Shown: one piece after another, positions 1 through 10,781 of the stretch
Layout of the letters: every line of letters begins with the position of its first letter
Numbering within the stretch: position 1 is the first letter of the stretch
Assembly: GCA_010015585.1 (NCBI GenBank)
Contig: ML975174.1
Origin: Eremomyces bilateralis CBS 781.70
Lineage: Eukaryota
Reading direction: 5' to 3' (one strand)
DNA: 64,000 nucleotides
Program-made: the position numbers and the translations under genes
Notes under the pieces: generated by a model
The model's database searches: none
What the model saw: the letters and a program-made list of their open reading frames with translations, nothing else
Told to the model about the DNA's origin: nothing

Positions 1-867
1 TGGAATCATCAGAATCGAGACCGAGGATGGTGAAGCGCATCCCAATAGACATTTCGAGGTTTTAACATGTCCAATACGCCAGTGGAACTATTTTACAACT
101 TCCGAAATCCGATCATTGGGTCCATTCTGTTTGAAAACGTTGTCTCCAAAACACTCGGACTTGCTAGACGCGGATACCAGAAACCTGTACGCTTGCGAAT
201 ATAATGTTCCGGACTTCCTCGTTGCGCTTTGCTGGATCACCTCCAGAGCGAGATATATGCATGGATATCCTGGATGGTCGTGGCTCGCTTGGAACGGGCC
301 AGATCCGGTAACTTTGGACCTTCGGGATGTCTCTCAACTAACTCAATACGCCGCCAAGATTAACCAGCAATGGGACGACAAGACCGGACAGTTTTCCGCG
401 GCGTTTGAACATGAAACTAAGACTGATCCGGATGCGCTGTCCACCCAAGCAACCCTAGTACCCTGGGAGACGTTCCAGCTAGAATACGGGAATGGCATTA
501 CTCAATCGATACTGTCTGACTATCTCCATATCTACGCCTGGATGGTAGACCTGCGCATCCTGTCCGCTCCGTTCAAGACGGACGACTGGAAGGGAGAGGT
601 GAGGATCGTGGCCGAGGACGATGTTACTGGGATCCCTATCGATGTATGACTCCCCGGGATATCGAAAATGGAGTCGGTCGGTTTTATATTTATCGGTATT
701 CTAGCGTGCCGATACGACTTCCACATCAGAAATTTTAGCCCTGCACTTCTGATCTTTGCTCGAAGCGAGCATTCTTCAAGCGTGTAGGGGTTGAAATTCT
801 GGGAACGGACGACATGAGAGATGATGTACTAGATCATGCAACAAATCGAAGTATTCGGGTAGGATGA
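1..867 (+). pseudogene. 3' part of a HET-domain-type (heterokaryon incompatibility) gene with an in-frame stop and a frameshift; runs off the window start
   Basis: The frame is open from base 2 and contains FLVALCW...YPGWSWLAW, resembling the PSWSW motif of HET-protein C-termini. TGA at 647-649 is followed by more plausible coding (LPGISKMESVGFIFIGILAC...). A different frame then ends FKRVG...RSIRVG* at 867, a typical HET-protein ending. Confidence 0.5.
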
Positions 868-1220
868 AGCCGATCCCACTGGACGGAGGGTAGTCTATAG
901 GTAGATCTCAAGGTTATAAAATGCGTAGTTATTGGTAACTTTCTAGCCAGCGTTCTCAACACGTACGACAGTAATACGGGACAGGCACAGGGGTGGCACA
1001 GGATACCTCAGTTATTCTTGCACGTGACACTCTATCATGTTTATGCCAAGACCGGAGATATCCGTCTCCTCACAATATTCGACTCAAAGCTCTTGCGTCG
1101 ACGACATCCACATCCCCAAGTTCAACCAATTCCAAGCAAGATGGTCGCCCGTTTAAGATAACTGCCTCAGGCGGCTGATGGGTAGCAGTTAGACGATTCC
1201 AAAGAGGCTATATCGCCAAT

Positions 1221-2705
1221 ATGTCCCACATAAAGGCGTCGCCGACGGCGCGACTGCTTCGCTCTTCGAGGCTCTTCTCCCTCCCACCTCCACTCCCAGC
1301 GCCATCGATGTTACGAACTACGTCAATGGGCCTTCCGCGAGAATCAGACACCGCGACGCTACCCTACCCGACCATACAAGCCATAGCTACGCCGGCATCA
1401 TCCCGCGCTCGTGGAGACTGGGGCCTTAAGAGACCCTTGCCGCTGCAGTCCACGACCGTGAGCAGCACACCCGAGATCAAAGTCACGGCAATGGATACAT
1501 TGGAACATGTCACGGATTTCCAGGGCGCCACGGATCATACCCAGACCTTGCGAAAATTTCAGCAGATGAGTGTGCCAATGTTGGGGTACAATCGGACACC
1601 GCGGTTTTTGACGGAGCGGTCAGCGGCTCGGCCCAGCTTCCGCAGTGCCTTTGAAGAGGAGGACGACAATACCTATATTGAGAATACAACCGAACAATCA
1701 ACAGAATCAGGCCAAGAAGGAGGAAATTCATCGGGTCCCGCAAATACGTCCACGGGGTTGCAGGCATTGCAGGCTCGAAAGAAGTGGAAATATCAAGGCC
1801 CATGGCTCGGCGGAATGACCCCAAGCGACTTCAATCTATGGGTGAAGGACATGCTGAAATACAAGAAGGATGGATTCCAACAGCTGCTCCGCGAACACAT
1901 CGTCGACAAAATGTGGACGGATCGGGTGGACAATGCCCGCAAGGCCGCGGTCGAAGCACACTCCGACGACCCCCTGTTCGACGTTAGTTCCGTTAACTTG
2001 GAGGATCATTACCCTGTGGAACCGGATGGTAGACATTTCACGTCCCGCGAGAAATTCGTCTCCGCCCTCGAACCCGTCCTACCCAAGGACATCACCACCG
2101 CCCCAATCATTGACGCACTCGCCATCGAATTCCACGCCCACATCCGTTCCCTCCGGCGCCTACTCCTCGCCGACCCGCAGCTCTCCGCCCTACTTCAAGA
2201 GGTCCTCCATCTCCCCCCGCTCGACCGAGATTTCAACGACAGCCCGTCCCTGTTCGACTCCTACAACCTCAGCAGCCCCCCTCTCTCCACCCACCCCTCC
2301 GCCGGCCTCTCCTACCTGCGCACCAACGCGCACATGACGAACCACCCGCTGGTGGGCCCGCGCGCTGCCGCGCCGCCGGTGCGAGGCCGGATCCTGGCGC
2401 CGTCGAGCACACAGCGCGGCCGTAAGGCGAAGCTCGGCATTGGCGGGTTCGTGGTGCAGGAGGAAGGGGACGCGCGGACGATGCAGCCGAACAAATCGAT
2501 GTATATGAAGCCAGATGAGTTTGGGGGGAAGATGTGGGCGAATGTGGAGGCGGCGGAGGTGGATAGTAAGGGAAGGGTGAATCTGAAGTACCATGCGGTG
2601 GCCGACAAGGCGGATGAGGTGAACGTCAAGCAAGGCGTGTATGAGCGACAGGATATTGGAGAGAGGGTGGAAAAGCGGGCGAGTTTTGCAAGGGCGTTTC
2701 TCTGA
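1221..2705 (+). CDS. MRP51: Mitochondrial small-subunit ribosomal protein MRP51 (bS1m)
   Basis: Single-exon 494-aa ORF with SPTARLLRSSRLFSLP, PTIQAIATPASSRARGDWGLKRPLP, THPSAGLSYLRT and LGIGGFV motifs characteristic of fungal Mrp51. Confidence 0.9.
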   Translation: MSHIKASPTARLLRSSRLFSLPPPLPAPSMLRTTSMGLPRESDTATLPYPTIQAIATPASSRARGDWGLKRPLPLQSTTVSSTPEIKVTAMDTLEHVTDFQGATDHTQTLRKFQQMSVPMLGYNRTPRFLTERSAARPSFRSAFEEEDDNTYIENTTEQSTESGQEGGNSSGPANTSTGLQALQARKKWKYQGPWLGGMTPSDFNLWVKDMLKYKKDGFQQLLREHIVDKMWTDRVDNARKAAVEAHSDDPLFDVSSVNLEDHYPVEPDGRHFTSREKFVSALEPVLPKDITTAPIIDALAIEFHAHIRSLRRLLLADPQLSALLQEVLHLPPLDRDFNDSPSLFDSYNLSSPPLSTHPSAGLSYLRTNAHMTNHPLVGPRAAAPPVRGRILAPSSTQRGRKAKLGIGGFVVQEEGDARTMQPNKSMYMKPDEFGGKMWANVEAAEVDSKGRVNLKYHAVADKADEVNVKQGVYERQDIGERVEKRASFARAFL

Positions 2706-5700
2706 ACTAGTGGGGACGTTGTCGATGAAGCAAGGATTGTGCATTGTAAGATAAGTGTGATACACGAGCATATAGTGTACATAGACTGCATGTCGATATA
2801 TTCTACGCGATTCTCAGGTGAGATCCCAGAAGAGATCCATCATGTCACGTAAGAGGCCATTCGTCCAAGTCGTGCTGAACATCGTACATAGTACATGTGC
2901 CGCCTATGCAGAGTGGAGTGGAGTCCGACGTGTCAAAAACAAGCCAAATCTTAATCCGGTCAGATCCCAGGGACGTCTCAAATCTCCCATCTCAATACCA
3001 ACATGTACAGCGGAGTAGTGGACCGCCACAACCCGGATGTGAATCAAGTTCTACGTTCGCCGAAACGGTGCAGCAGTTCTCGCATCGTCAAACGTCCAGC
3101 AACAACAAGCTTGTGCTCTCTCTGGGTCCCGATTGGCCGCTCTCGTCGCTTGGACTTAGCCAATAGAATGGTTGAATCGCCAAATGTCGTGGCTAATGAG
3201 TAATGACTGATATATTTCCACCATGTTTTACATCTTCCAGCTACTTACATAGCAGGCCAACTGACCGTAGGATCTGAACTACAATGATGCGCATGTCTAT
3301 GCACTGTACAGTACCAGCATGCCGATGCAGATTTTCATTTCCGCCGCAAATAGTGTTCCGAAACAAGTGCTGTCAAATTGCCCCAAGCACGTACGTCGCG
3401 GGCAAGGAATGACAATTGGCCAGTTGACACACTCTCGCAGGGTCCGTACATTCTGATTCTGCAGATCTGACTGAGGATAGTGTGGTTAACGCCACCTGGG
3501 ATAGCAGAGCGGCTGCACCCGTCGTAGACGGAGAAAACGCAATTGGCCGTGAAGATGAAACTGGCGAAGTCCTCGAGAATGCGAAAAGGGTGAGACCCTC
3601 GGGTCCAGGACTTTCACCAGCTGTCCTCCGTGGTGCTCATACGTAGTTTAAAATGCCACGATCCGCCAGTGGAAAGCGAGTGAACCTTGGGTTCTCTTCA
3701 CTTGTTCGATCAGAGAACACGGGCATCAATACATGCAATCGGCACCTACGACATATCATCAGTATTTACCTCTGCGGATTTACCCTCATAATACCGCACT
3801 CTCGCGCTTTACATCGCACCCCCGCGCCTTGCCAACCGGCAGGGCCTCGCCCAGCCAGATGCCAAATCCTGTGGATGGAGAAGGGAACGGAGCCAGCTCT
3901 CGGGTACCGAAGCCTTCTCCCAGTGCTAATAAAAGTGTCCCCTTGAGGCTCACGTGGTCCTTTGACCTAGGAATCGAGCAGCAGACCTCAATGGACCCCA
4001 GTCGAACGGACCTGGACCGCCCCGAGGCCGAACGAGCCGCAATCGCAGATGGACGGGACGGACGGGAGTCCTCTCGGACGATGGTTGGCAGAGACCCAAC
4101 GCGACATGCCGTACGATAATGTTGGCTCCATTTCAGCCCAACAGCAGGGGGGGGAGCAGCCGAAGGTTGAGGAGGAGAGGGGGTCCAGGGAAATACGGGA
4201 GCACAAAGCAAGATCTGAGCAAGGGCGCATCGGACGTCCAAGTTGAAAGGCTGGGGATGGAGGCTCCGCGGGGGTGGTAGAGAAGCGCTTGATATCTCTT
4301 TCGACGTAACTAAGGGAATAGGAGGGTTGGGTTGCTCACGAACGATGTCGGAGGAATATCCGGAAGGGAAGGCTATCGGTTGGGTGACAACCTGCATTTC
4401 GACTCCCTGTCCTAATTTAGCAGATCATTTATAGAATACTTCTTGATCTTCTCGGTCTAATTGTGAATGGCTGACTGCCGCGTGCGCGTCCACGGCATGA
4501 GTAGGGTGTGGTCAGTGGCCAGTGTTGCAAGGGTGCGCAGAGTGACCTCATGCCATTGCTAGTCCTGGAGAGGTTCATTTGGAGCAAGCCTCGCGCCAGC
4601 TTCCCACTCCATGGTCAGTTATGCCCTTTGTGCGGCACTTTTCAAAAGCAATTGTGTTCGGGGTAGTAGGGCGAAAGGGCGGGAGAACTAAAAGGCTGGA
4701 GTGCAAGGGTTGATCGAGTATTCGGCCAATCAGCGGGCATCGAAGATAGGGATAGCCCTGACAAACTCGACCTCATTCGTAGCCTTATACTTACCATCAC
4801 AACAGTATCGCCACCGACAACGACGCCTTTTCTCGGCCACAGGGCGGGAGGCGGGAGAGCGACATGAATACTGATCGTCTTTCCGCGGATGGACCAGATT
4901 TCCCAGATTGCCCAGGTCATCAGACCCGGTATATGGTAACGAAGCGGGCGTATCGCTGCAACTGTATCGAAACATTGAATTGTAAATCTTGATATATTTC
5001 AAGGTCAACAGCAATTCAAGTTAGATAGATGATCTGGCAAGGCTGCACAAGCAGTCGGGATGGGGCAGTGTAAACACTGCCTCCTTGTAGGCGTTCTCAA
5101 GGCATACTTGGGGACATTCTAAACTGGTGAGCAAGTTAACATATATGTATATATCACCCATTGCTGTGCAACTACTTTCCACGTTTCCGATGATGCTGTT
5201 TCCTCAGATATCGACGGATGGCCAGATTTATCTGTGGAGTCAGCCAAAAATATGAGCGAGAAGACTGCCATCGACTGATTGGCCGGATCCATGGCACCAA
5301 GGTATGTGAAATCTAACAATTATTCAGACGTAACAAAACGCTGATAACTTACGCAGACATGTCACTCACATTTCTTTATCCAGCCTGACGTTATCAAAGC
5401 AGTCAGCAATCCATGAAGGACTGGGAGGAATCGCCAGACGAAGGAAAGGAGGCCGACACCTACGCACGCCATGCCCCTGTCTGGAGGACCTGCTCGCCCT
5501 CTCGCCGTCCGGAAAACGCTTGAGGCCTCTCATAATGCAGTTACCCAAAAGCAGCACCTGCTCGCGGCGACTTGCCAATAAGGAGCGACGAAGTCCTCCA
5601 AATCACTAGAATGATGGATTCTGCCATCCCCTGGCAAAATTCGCCAATTAGTGGAGGACTTACCTGCCCGTCACACTGCATAGGTCGAAGGGCGACGATG

Positions 5701-6250
5701 GATACGGTAATGCCGATGCCTCGACACCTCGATATATTGCCAACAGTCCTTCAACGCGCTTCGAGAATATTTGGAGGACCGTCGATGCAGTGTGCTAAAC
5801 AAATCTCTTAGACTAAAAGGACCAGTTGCCTTTGCGAGTGAGATTGTCGCCGGCAGATAACTTACAACCGTCCCTTGCCTCCCAACTACGTCTTGACAAT
5901 GCCATTCACCATCATTTTCAGCACGACCACTTCTCGTCATATTGAAGAAACCCACCCATCCCCTTCTAATGAGAATGGCCGAAGCTTATTGAAAAGTGAG
6001 GTTGTTCGGGCAGTCAAGTAAGTCGTCGTCCTAGTTTGGTTGTGTGGGATAATCGTATAGAGAGGCTAAATGTCGTAGGTTCACCTGTAGTTTCCGTGAA
6101 TCTCGCAACCCTCGCTTTCAGCGGGAGGCCAGCCCTCCCCGTGAACAACACATACAGAACTATCGCGACAGTGTCGCTGTTGAACGTGAAGAGGTCCAAT
6201 CCGTCCATCGGGAATCTTCCTTTCAGAGGTTCTGTAGAAGAAGCTTGAAA

Positions 6251-8159
6251 ATGAAGAAGCTCTCTACCTCCCAAAAGCGGAAGCGTCAAGATGACGGCGC
6301 ACCTCCACCGCCATATCTTCCGAACATCGATGTGCCATCAGAACTCTCGTCGGATCCAGTTCCGTCGGATTCAGTTCCGTATGAGCTTCCAGGAGAACCC
6401 TTTGTCGGCTCCGTGAGCGCGTCTCATCCTACCGGGCCTGTGTCCGGGGATATCTATCGCCCACGTATTTCCAATCCTGTTTCCCGATTTGGTTCCTCTC
6501 TGTCGGCCCTCGACGGCGATGCTGGCGTGCCTCTAGAAAGCTACACCTGGCCGGGTCCGGGTATGCTTCGCTACCGCACCGTTGGGGCTGGAATTTCCCC
6601 ACACGTTGGGCCTCTGAAAGACGTCGGTTTCGATGGAAACATTGCTCCCGGCGCTTCTCATCCCTTCGCACAGACCACTGACCAGGCAGTCAGCCCAGTG
6701 GAGATAGTCCAGGATCTCCAGCCAGCAATCCCAACTATTGCTCTGGCAGCTGCAGCGCAGCCATCGCGTATTGCTTCTGCAGCGCGAATGACGACTGGAT
6801 CGCTTTTTCAATCCTTAGGTGGACCAGACTGCTGCATTCGCTGTAGCTTAATTCACCAACTTTGCGACCGGGCGACTCTCGTTCACCAGCGTTTCCGGGA
6901 TATCGTTGCGCCCCTCTTGCCGGTTGAACTCCAGTCTCGAGATGCCTTGCTGGCGCTTGGATTTCGCTCGTTTCGATCTCTTCACGACGAAAATCACATC
7001 GCGCTATCAGAAAGCTTTCCATGGGCATGCCTTATTGCCATAATGTTTGTGACTCGCACCATGCTTGAATTGCAGTATCCCAACTACATCGTCCCGTGGG
7101 GAGACCTTCTGAGAATCGAAGCTCAGCAGTTTGCGGTTGTATCCATTGAGCAGGTGAAAGATGCCGTCGATCAGCTGGCTTGCATTGACCACGAAGAGAT
7201 CCGGGTCGCAACGCCGGAAGACTTCGAACTATTTCGCTCGTTCCCAGCTGTATTTCGTGGTGGGTGGGAATGGATATCCTCGACTATGTCCGAATATCGC
7301 TTTAAATATAGTGCAACCGATCCGGGCAGCGCTCAGTTTCATCCCGTGATGGATCATATTTTGCGCTCGCTACCTCTTCAAAGCTTCACTGAGCCACATC
7401 ACTACATTGAGCGTACGTTTTTGTCTTTTCTATTGCCCGCGACGCTTATGGAAGCGTCATGTGGGAAACTCGGCACTGCCGATGTCGACATTGAGAATCT
7501 GGATCTCAATGTTCCTATCGTAAGTCTCTCCGACAACCCAAATATCAATTCCAGGTCGATTTAATCTTTACCCTCAGGCGTCCCGTCCAGGCACCGATGC
7601 ACACTTATATGCGGCCAAAATTCTTGAAGCTCTTGGCGCCCGTCAGGCAGCTCTCCCTGACCAGGCAGATAACATCTGGAATTCCGTGCAAGATATCTGT
7701 GACGTCCTTGGGGCCCAGTCTTCGGCACATTCGGTATCTGCTGCTAGTCCAGCAAACATGATCGGGAAGAGGATCGATGAGACAGCAGGAAACAGCACGA
7801 ACAGCACGAACAGCACGCCTGAAACGCTGTATACGTCTGTATTCGGATCGCCGGGGAACCGCTCTGAGCTGGACTCATCGCCCATCACGCAGCCGTGCGA
7901 GTCGACTGCGGGCAGCCCCATGCCGTCCCCCCCTCTTCAATGCACGCTCTGCGAATATATCCCACTGGAGACGGGACAGCTATCGAACAGGAAGAAGAAT
8001 CTGAAGCGACACGTGGAGAAGGTGCATGCGCGCGAAGAGGAGAAGTTGGAGTTTGTGTGCACGCGGTGCGGGAATAAATATGGTCGTCGGGACAATTTGC
8101 AGAAACATGAACAGGACAAACATGGGGTAGTGAAGAAGAAGAATAGGGTGCTCAAATGA
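6251..8159 (+). CDS. Putative transcription factor with two C-terminal C2H2 zinc fingers (exons 6251-7519 and 7578-8159)
   Basis: The intron GTAAGT(7520)...CAG(7577) joins the 439-aa and 157-aa ORFs in frame. Fingers are CTLC...HVEKVH and CTRCGNKYGRRDNLQKHEQDKH. Basic NLS-like ends (KRKR, KKKNR). The start is uncertain. Confidence 0.7.
7791..7817 (+). repeat. (AACAGCACG)3 coding tandem repeat (NST x3)
   Basis: Three exact 9-nt copies. Confidence 0.9.
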
Positions 8160-8875
8160 ATCCAGTTCATGAAATCATATCATGACTCGGAAACTTTGGA
8201 AAAGCTGGACTTCATCTTCTGGTTCCCTTGCTCCTTGAGCTAGCTCCGTTTGACTCGATGATGGAATACCCATCCTTCTGTGATCGCAGTACCAACACCT
8301 AATAATTAATTGACGAGTCGAAACATGAACACACCTATCCGTCCTCGATCAAAGACTAAAGTCCATCCTGAAAAGCAGGATAGGATATCAATCCAGCTTA
8401 GCTTATTCAGTAGGTCAAATGCATACCCCAGCGGCCAGCAGGCACCCAACTCCATCCAGCCCCAAATCCCAACCCATCCATCGCATGGAGAAAAACATGA
8501 TGTGGGTTGACGTTGCATTTCGACGTGAGATGCTCCACCACCTCTTCACAGCGTCCACACCGACCAATTTGCCAGCCTTCCTGTCCGAGATCCCTCTCTA
8601 GGGCTCCAGGCTTCCAGCGCGTTCTCATAACTTAGACTCGTCAGCCAATAAGGAGAAAACCAACATCCTCGGCACCAAAATCTAACGTTAGCGAATCCAA
8701 TCGGCTGGCCTTCCAAGAAGCTAATCTAGACGATAGTAGAAACGACGACGCCTGGCGAACTGAAATCGACCCAAGAAAAATCCAGGATATTGTACCCACA
8801 TTTCATCGGATCCTACCGGGCCTCGTCGGCTTCACGGTAGCATCGGTCCCAGACTCCCAGCCAGGTTACGGGATA

Positions 8876-8960
8876 TCCGTGCCCCATGGCCGCCCCACAA
8901 CCTCTGGTTGTGGGTGCTCCCACACCAAAAGTAAAACCCACGCCAAAAGTACAATTTTAC
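8876..8960 (+). repeat. Left terminal inverted repeat
   Basis: TCCGTGCCCCATGGCCGCCCCACAACCTCTGGTTGTGGG...ACAATTTTAC is the reverse complement of 10697-10781 except at 8933. Confidence 0.97.
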
Positions 8961-8988
8961 CATCATCTTCAAATCTATACCACCAAAC

Positions 8989-10680
8989 ATGCCTAAACGC
9001 GTCAAATATCCAGAAGAGACTATACAGAAAGCACTCAAGAAGGCTACAGAGCAAAAAAAAGCAGGAAAATCGGTTAACGTTTCAGCGTTAGCGCGTGAAT
9101 TCCAAATCAGCCAGTTCGTCCTTCGAGGTCGCCTTCAAGGGAAAACATCCTATTCCAACCGTTCTCCGTTCGTACAAGCGACCAAACTCGATCAGCTACA
9201 AGAAAAGGCTCTCCTAGCTTGGATCCACCAGCTTGATGAGTGGGGAGCGCCTCCTACGCCTACAGAAATCGAAGCGTGCGCCAACTCTATGCTCCGAAGA
9301 AACGCGCTCGATACAACCCAGCCACCACCCCACGTTAGCAAGAACTGGAAATACAAGTTTATTAAGCGCCATACCCTTCCGCTTATCGACCAAAAACCAG
9401 TTAAAGACGACCGCCTACGTGCTGAGGATCTTGGACATATACAGCATTGGTTTCAACTCCTTCAGGAGCAGATTCAAGAACATGGAATCGAGGCCCGGAA
9501 TATATATAATTTCGACGAAAGTGGCTTCCGCCTTGGTGAAGGGAAGCGCCAAAAAGTAGTCAGTTTCCGACCGGGGGCAAAACGAGGCAGTCCTAGTACG
9601 GAGTCAGGCGAATCGGTTACGGATATCGAGTGTATCGCTGCTGATGGTTTTGTTCTTCCACCCTACTTTATCCTAAAGGGCGAGAACCATCTTGAACGAT
9701 GGTACGAAGGCCAGATTCCAGACGATTACTGTATCAATATCTCTAAGTCTGGGTGGTCAAACGACCTTATTGCCTTCGATTGGATCCAGCATTTCCATCG
9801 GTATACAAGACACCGGGCTGAGAAGGGGAAACGACTGCTCTTAATGGATAACCACGCTTCGCATCTTACCCATGAGTTCATTGAATTCTGCGAAAAAGTT
9901 GATATTATTCTTTTCCCATTTCCCCCGCATACGACCCATTTCCTTCAGCCGCTCGATGGGAAGCCGTTTCTTGCGTTGAAACACTACTTCCGGCAGACAA
10001 ATACGCATATCTCACGGTGGGGATTCGACGCAGCGGACAAGGCCTCATTCCTTACAGAAATGCCCCAAATCCGCCAAAACGCCTTCAAATCGCGTACGAT
10101 TCGACACGCTTTTAAAGAGAGGGGTCTTTGGCCATGGGATCCTGAGCAGATTTTACCAACCCTTCGGCAACAGGTTGACCAAGAGGCAGAGGAGCTTCGG
10201 ATATTTAATGGCACGCCACCAACGTCAAGTATTACGGCAACACCGAGTGCATCTCCACCAAATACCATCCGTACGGTACGCCGGAGACAACAGAAGATCA
10301 TAAATACGCCTGAGGCCCTACTTTCTAGTCGGAAATACCAACGTCGCGTTCGCCAAGCTACGGAGTCATTGATCAAGGCAGTCGAAGAGATCGAGGCGTA
10401 TAAGGGGTCCGTTTCGGCCACACAACGCCAGCAAACCAAAAAGAGTCGCCGCCAGGTTAAAACAGGACTTAGCCAGACCGGATCATTATATGCTAGTGAG
10501 GCGAAGCGCTACGTTGAAGCGCGTGGTCAGAAGGAGCGGGAGGCGGCAATTAGGAAGGCACAGCGGGACTGGCGGCGGGAAAAACAACAGGAAAACCAGC
10601 AGGAACCATCTCCTGTACTCGATCAACCTACTAGTACGGAGGATCTCGGTTTTTTTATCGATTTACATCCTGAGTTCTGA
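8989..10680 (+). CDS. Pogo/Fot1-family transposase (HTH CENP-B-like plus DDE_1 domain), 563 aa
   Basis: Catalytic motifs NFDESGF, LLMDNHASH and HFLQPLD with DD35D spacing; N-terminal HTH region (QEKALLAWI, VSKNWKYKFIKRH). Confidence 0.97.
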   Translation: MPKRVKYPEETIQKALKKATEQKKAGKSVNVSALAREFQISQFVLRGRLQGKTSYSNRSPFVQATKLDQLQEKALLAWIHQLDEWGAPPTPTEIEACANSMLRRNALDTTQPPPHVSKNWKYKFIKRHTLPLIDQKPVKDDRLRAEDLGHIQHWFQLLQEQIQEHGIEARNIYNFDESGFRLGEGKRQKVVSFRPGAKRGSPSTESGESVTDIECIAADGFVLPPYFILKGENHLERWYEGQIPDDYCINISKSGWSNDLIAFDWIQHFHRYTRHRAEKGKRLLLMDNHASHLTHEFIEFCEKVDIILFPFPPHTTHFLQPLDGKPFLALKHYFRQTNTHISRWGFDAADKASFLTEMPQIRQNAFKSRTIRHAFKERGLWPWDPEQILPTLRQQVDQEAEELRIFNGTPPTSSITATPSASPPNTIRTVRRRQQKIINTPEALLSSRKYQRRVRQATESLIKAVEEIEAYKGSVSATQRQQTKKSRRQVKTGLSQTGSLYASEAKRYVEARGQKEREAAIRKAQRDWRREKQQENQQEPSPVLDQPTSTEDLGFFIDLHPEF

Positions 10681-10696
10681 TATATAGATGATGGTA

Positions 10697-10781
10697 GTAA
10701 AATTGTACTTTTGGCGTGGGTTTGACTTTTGGTGTGGGAGCACCCACAACCAGAGGTTGTGGGGCGGCCATGGGGCACGGA
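10697..10781 (-). repeat. Right terminal inverted repeat
   Basis: Reverse complement of 8876-8960. Confidence 0.97.

Larger units (their letters stand above)
8876..10781 (+). mobile_element. Full-length Tc1/mariner-superfamily pogo/Fot1-like DNA transposon, 1906 bp
   Basis: TIRs at 8876-8960 and 10697-10781 (85 bp, one mismatch), flanked by TA at 8874-8875 and 10782-10783, enclosing an intact transposase. Confidence 0.97.
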
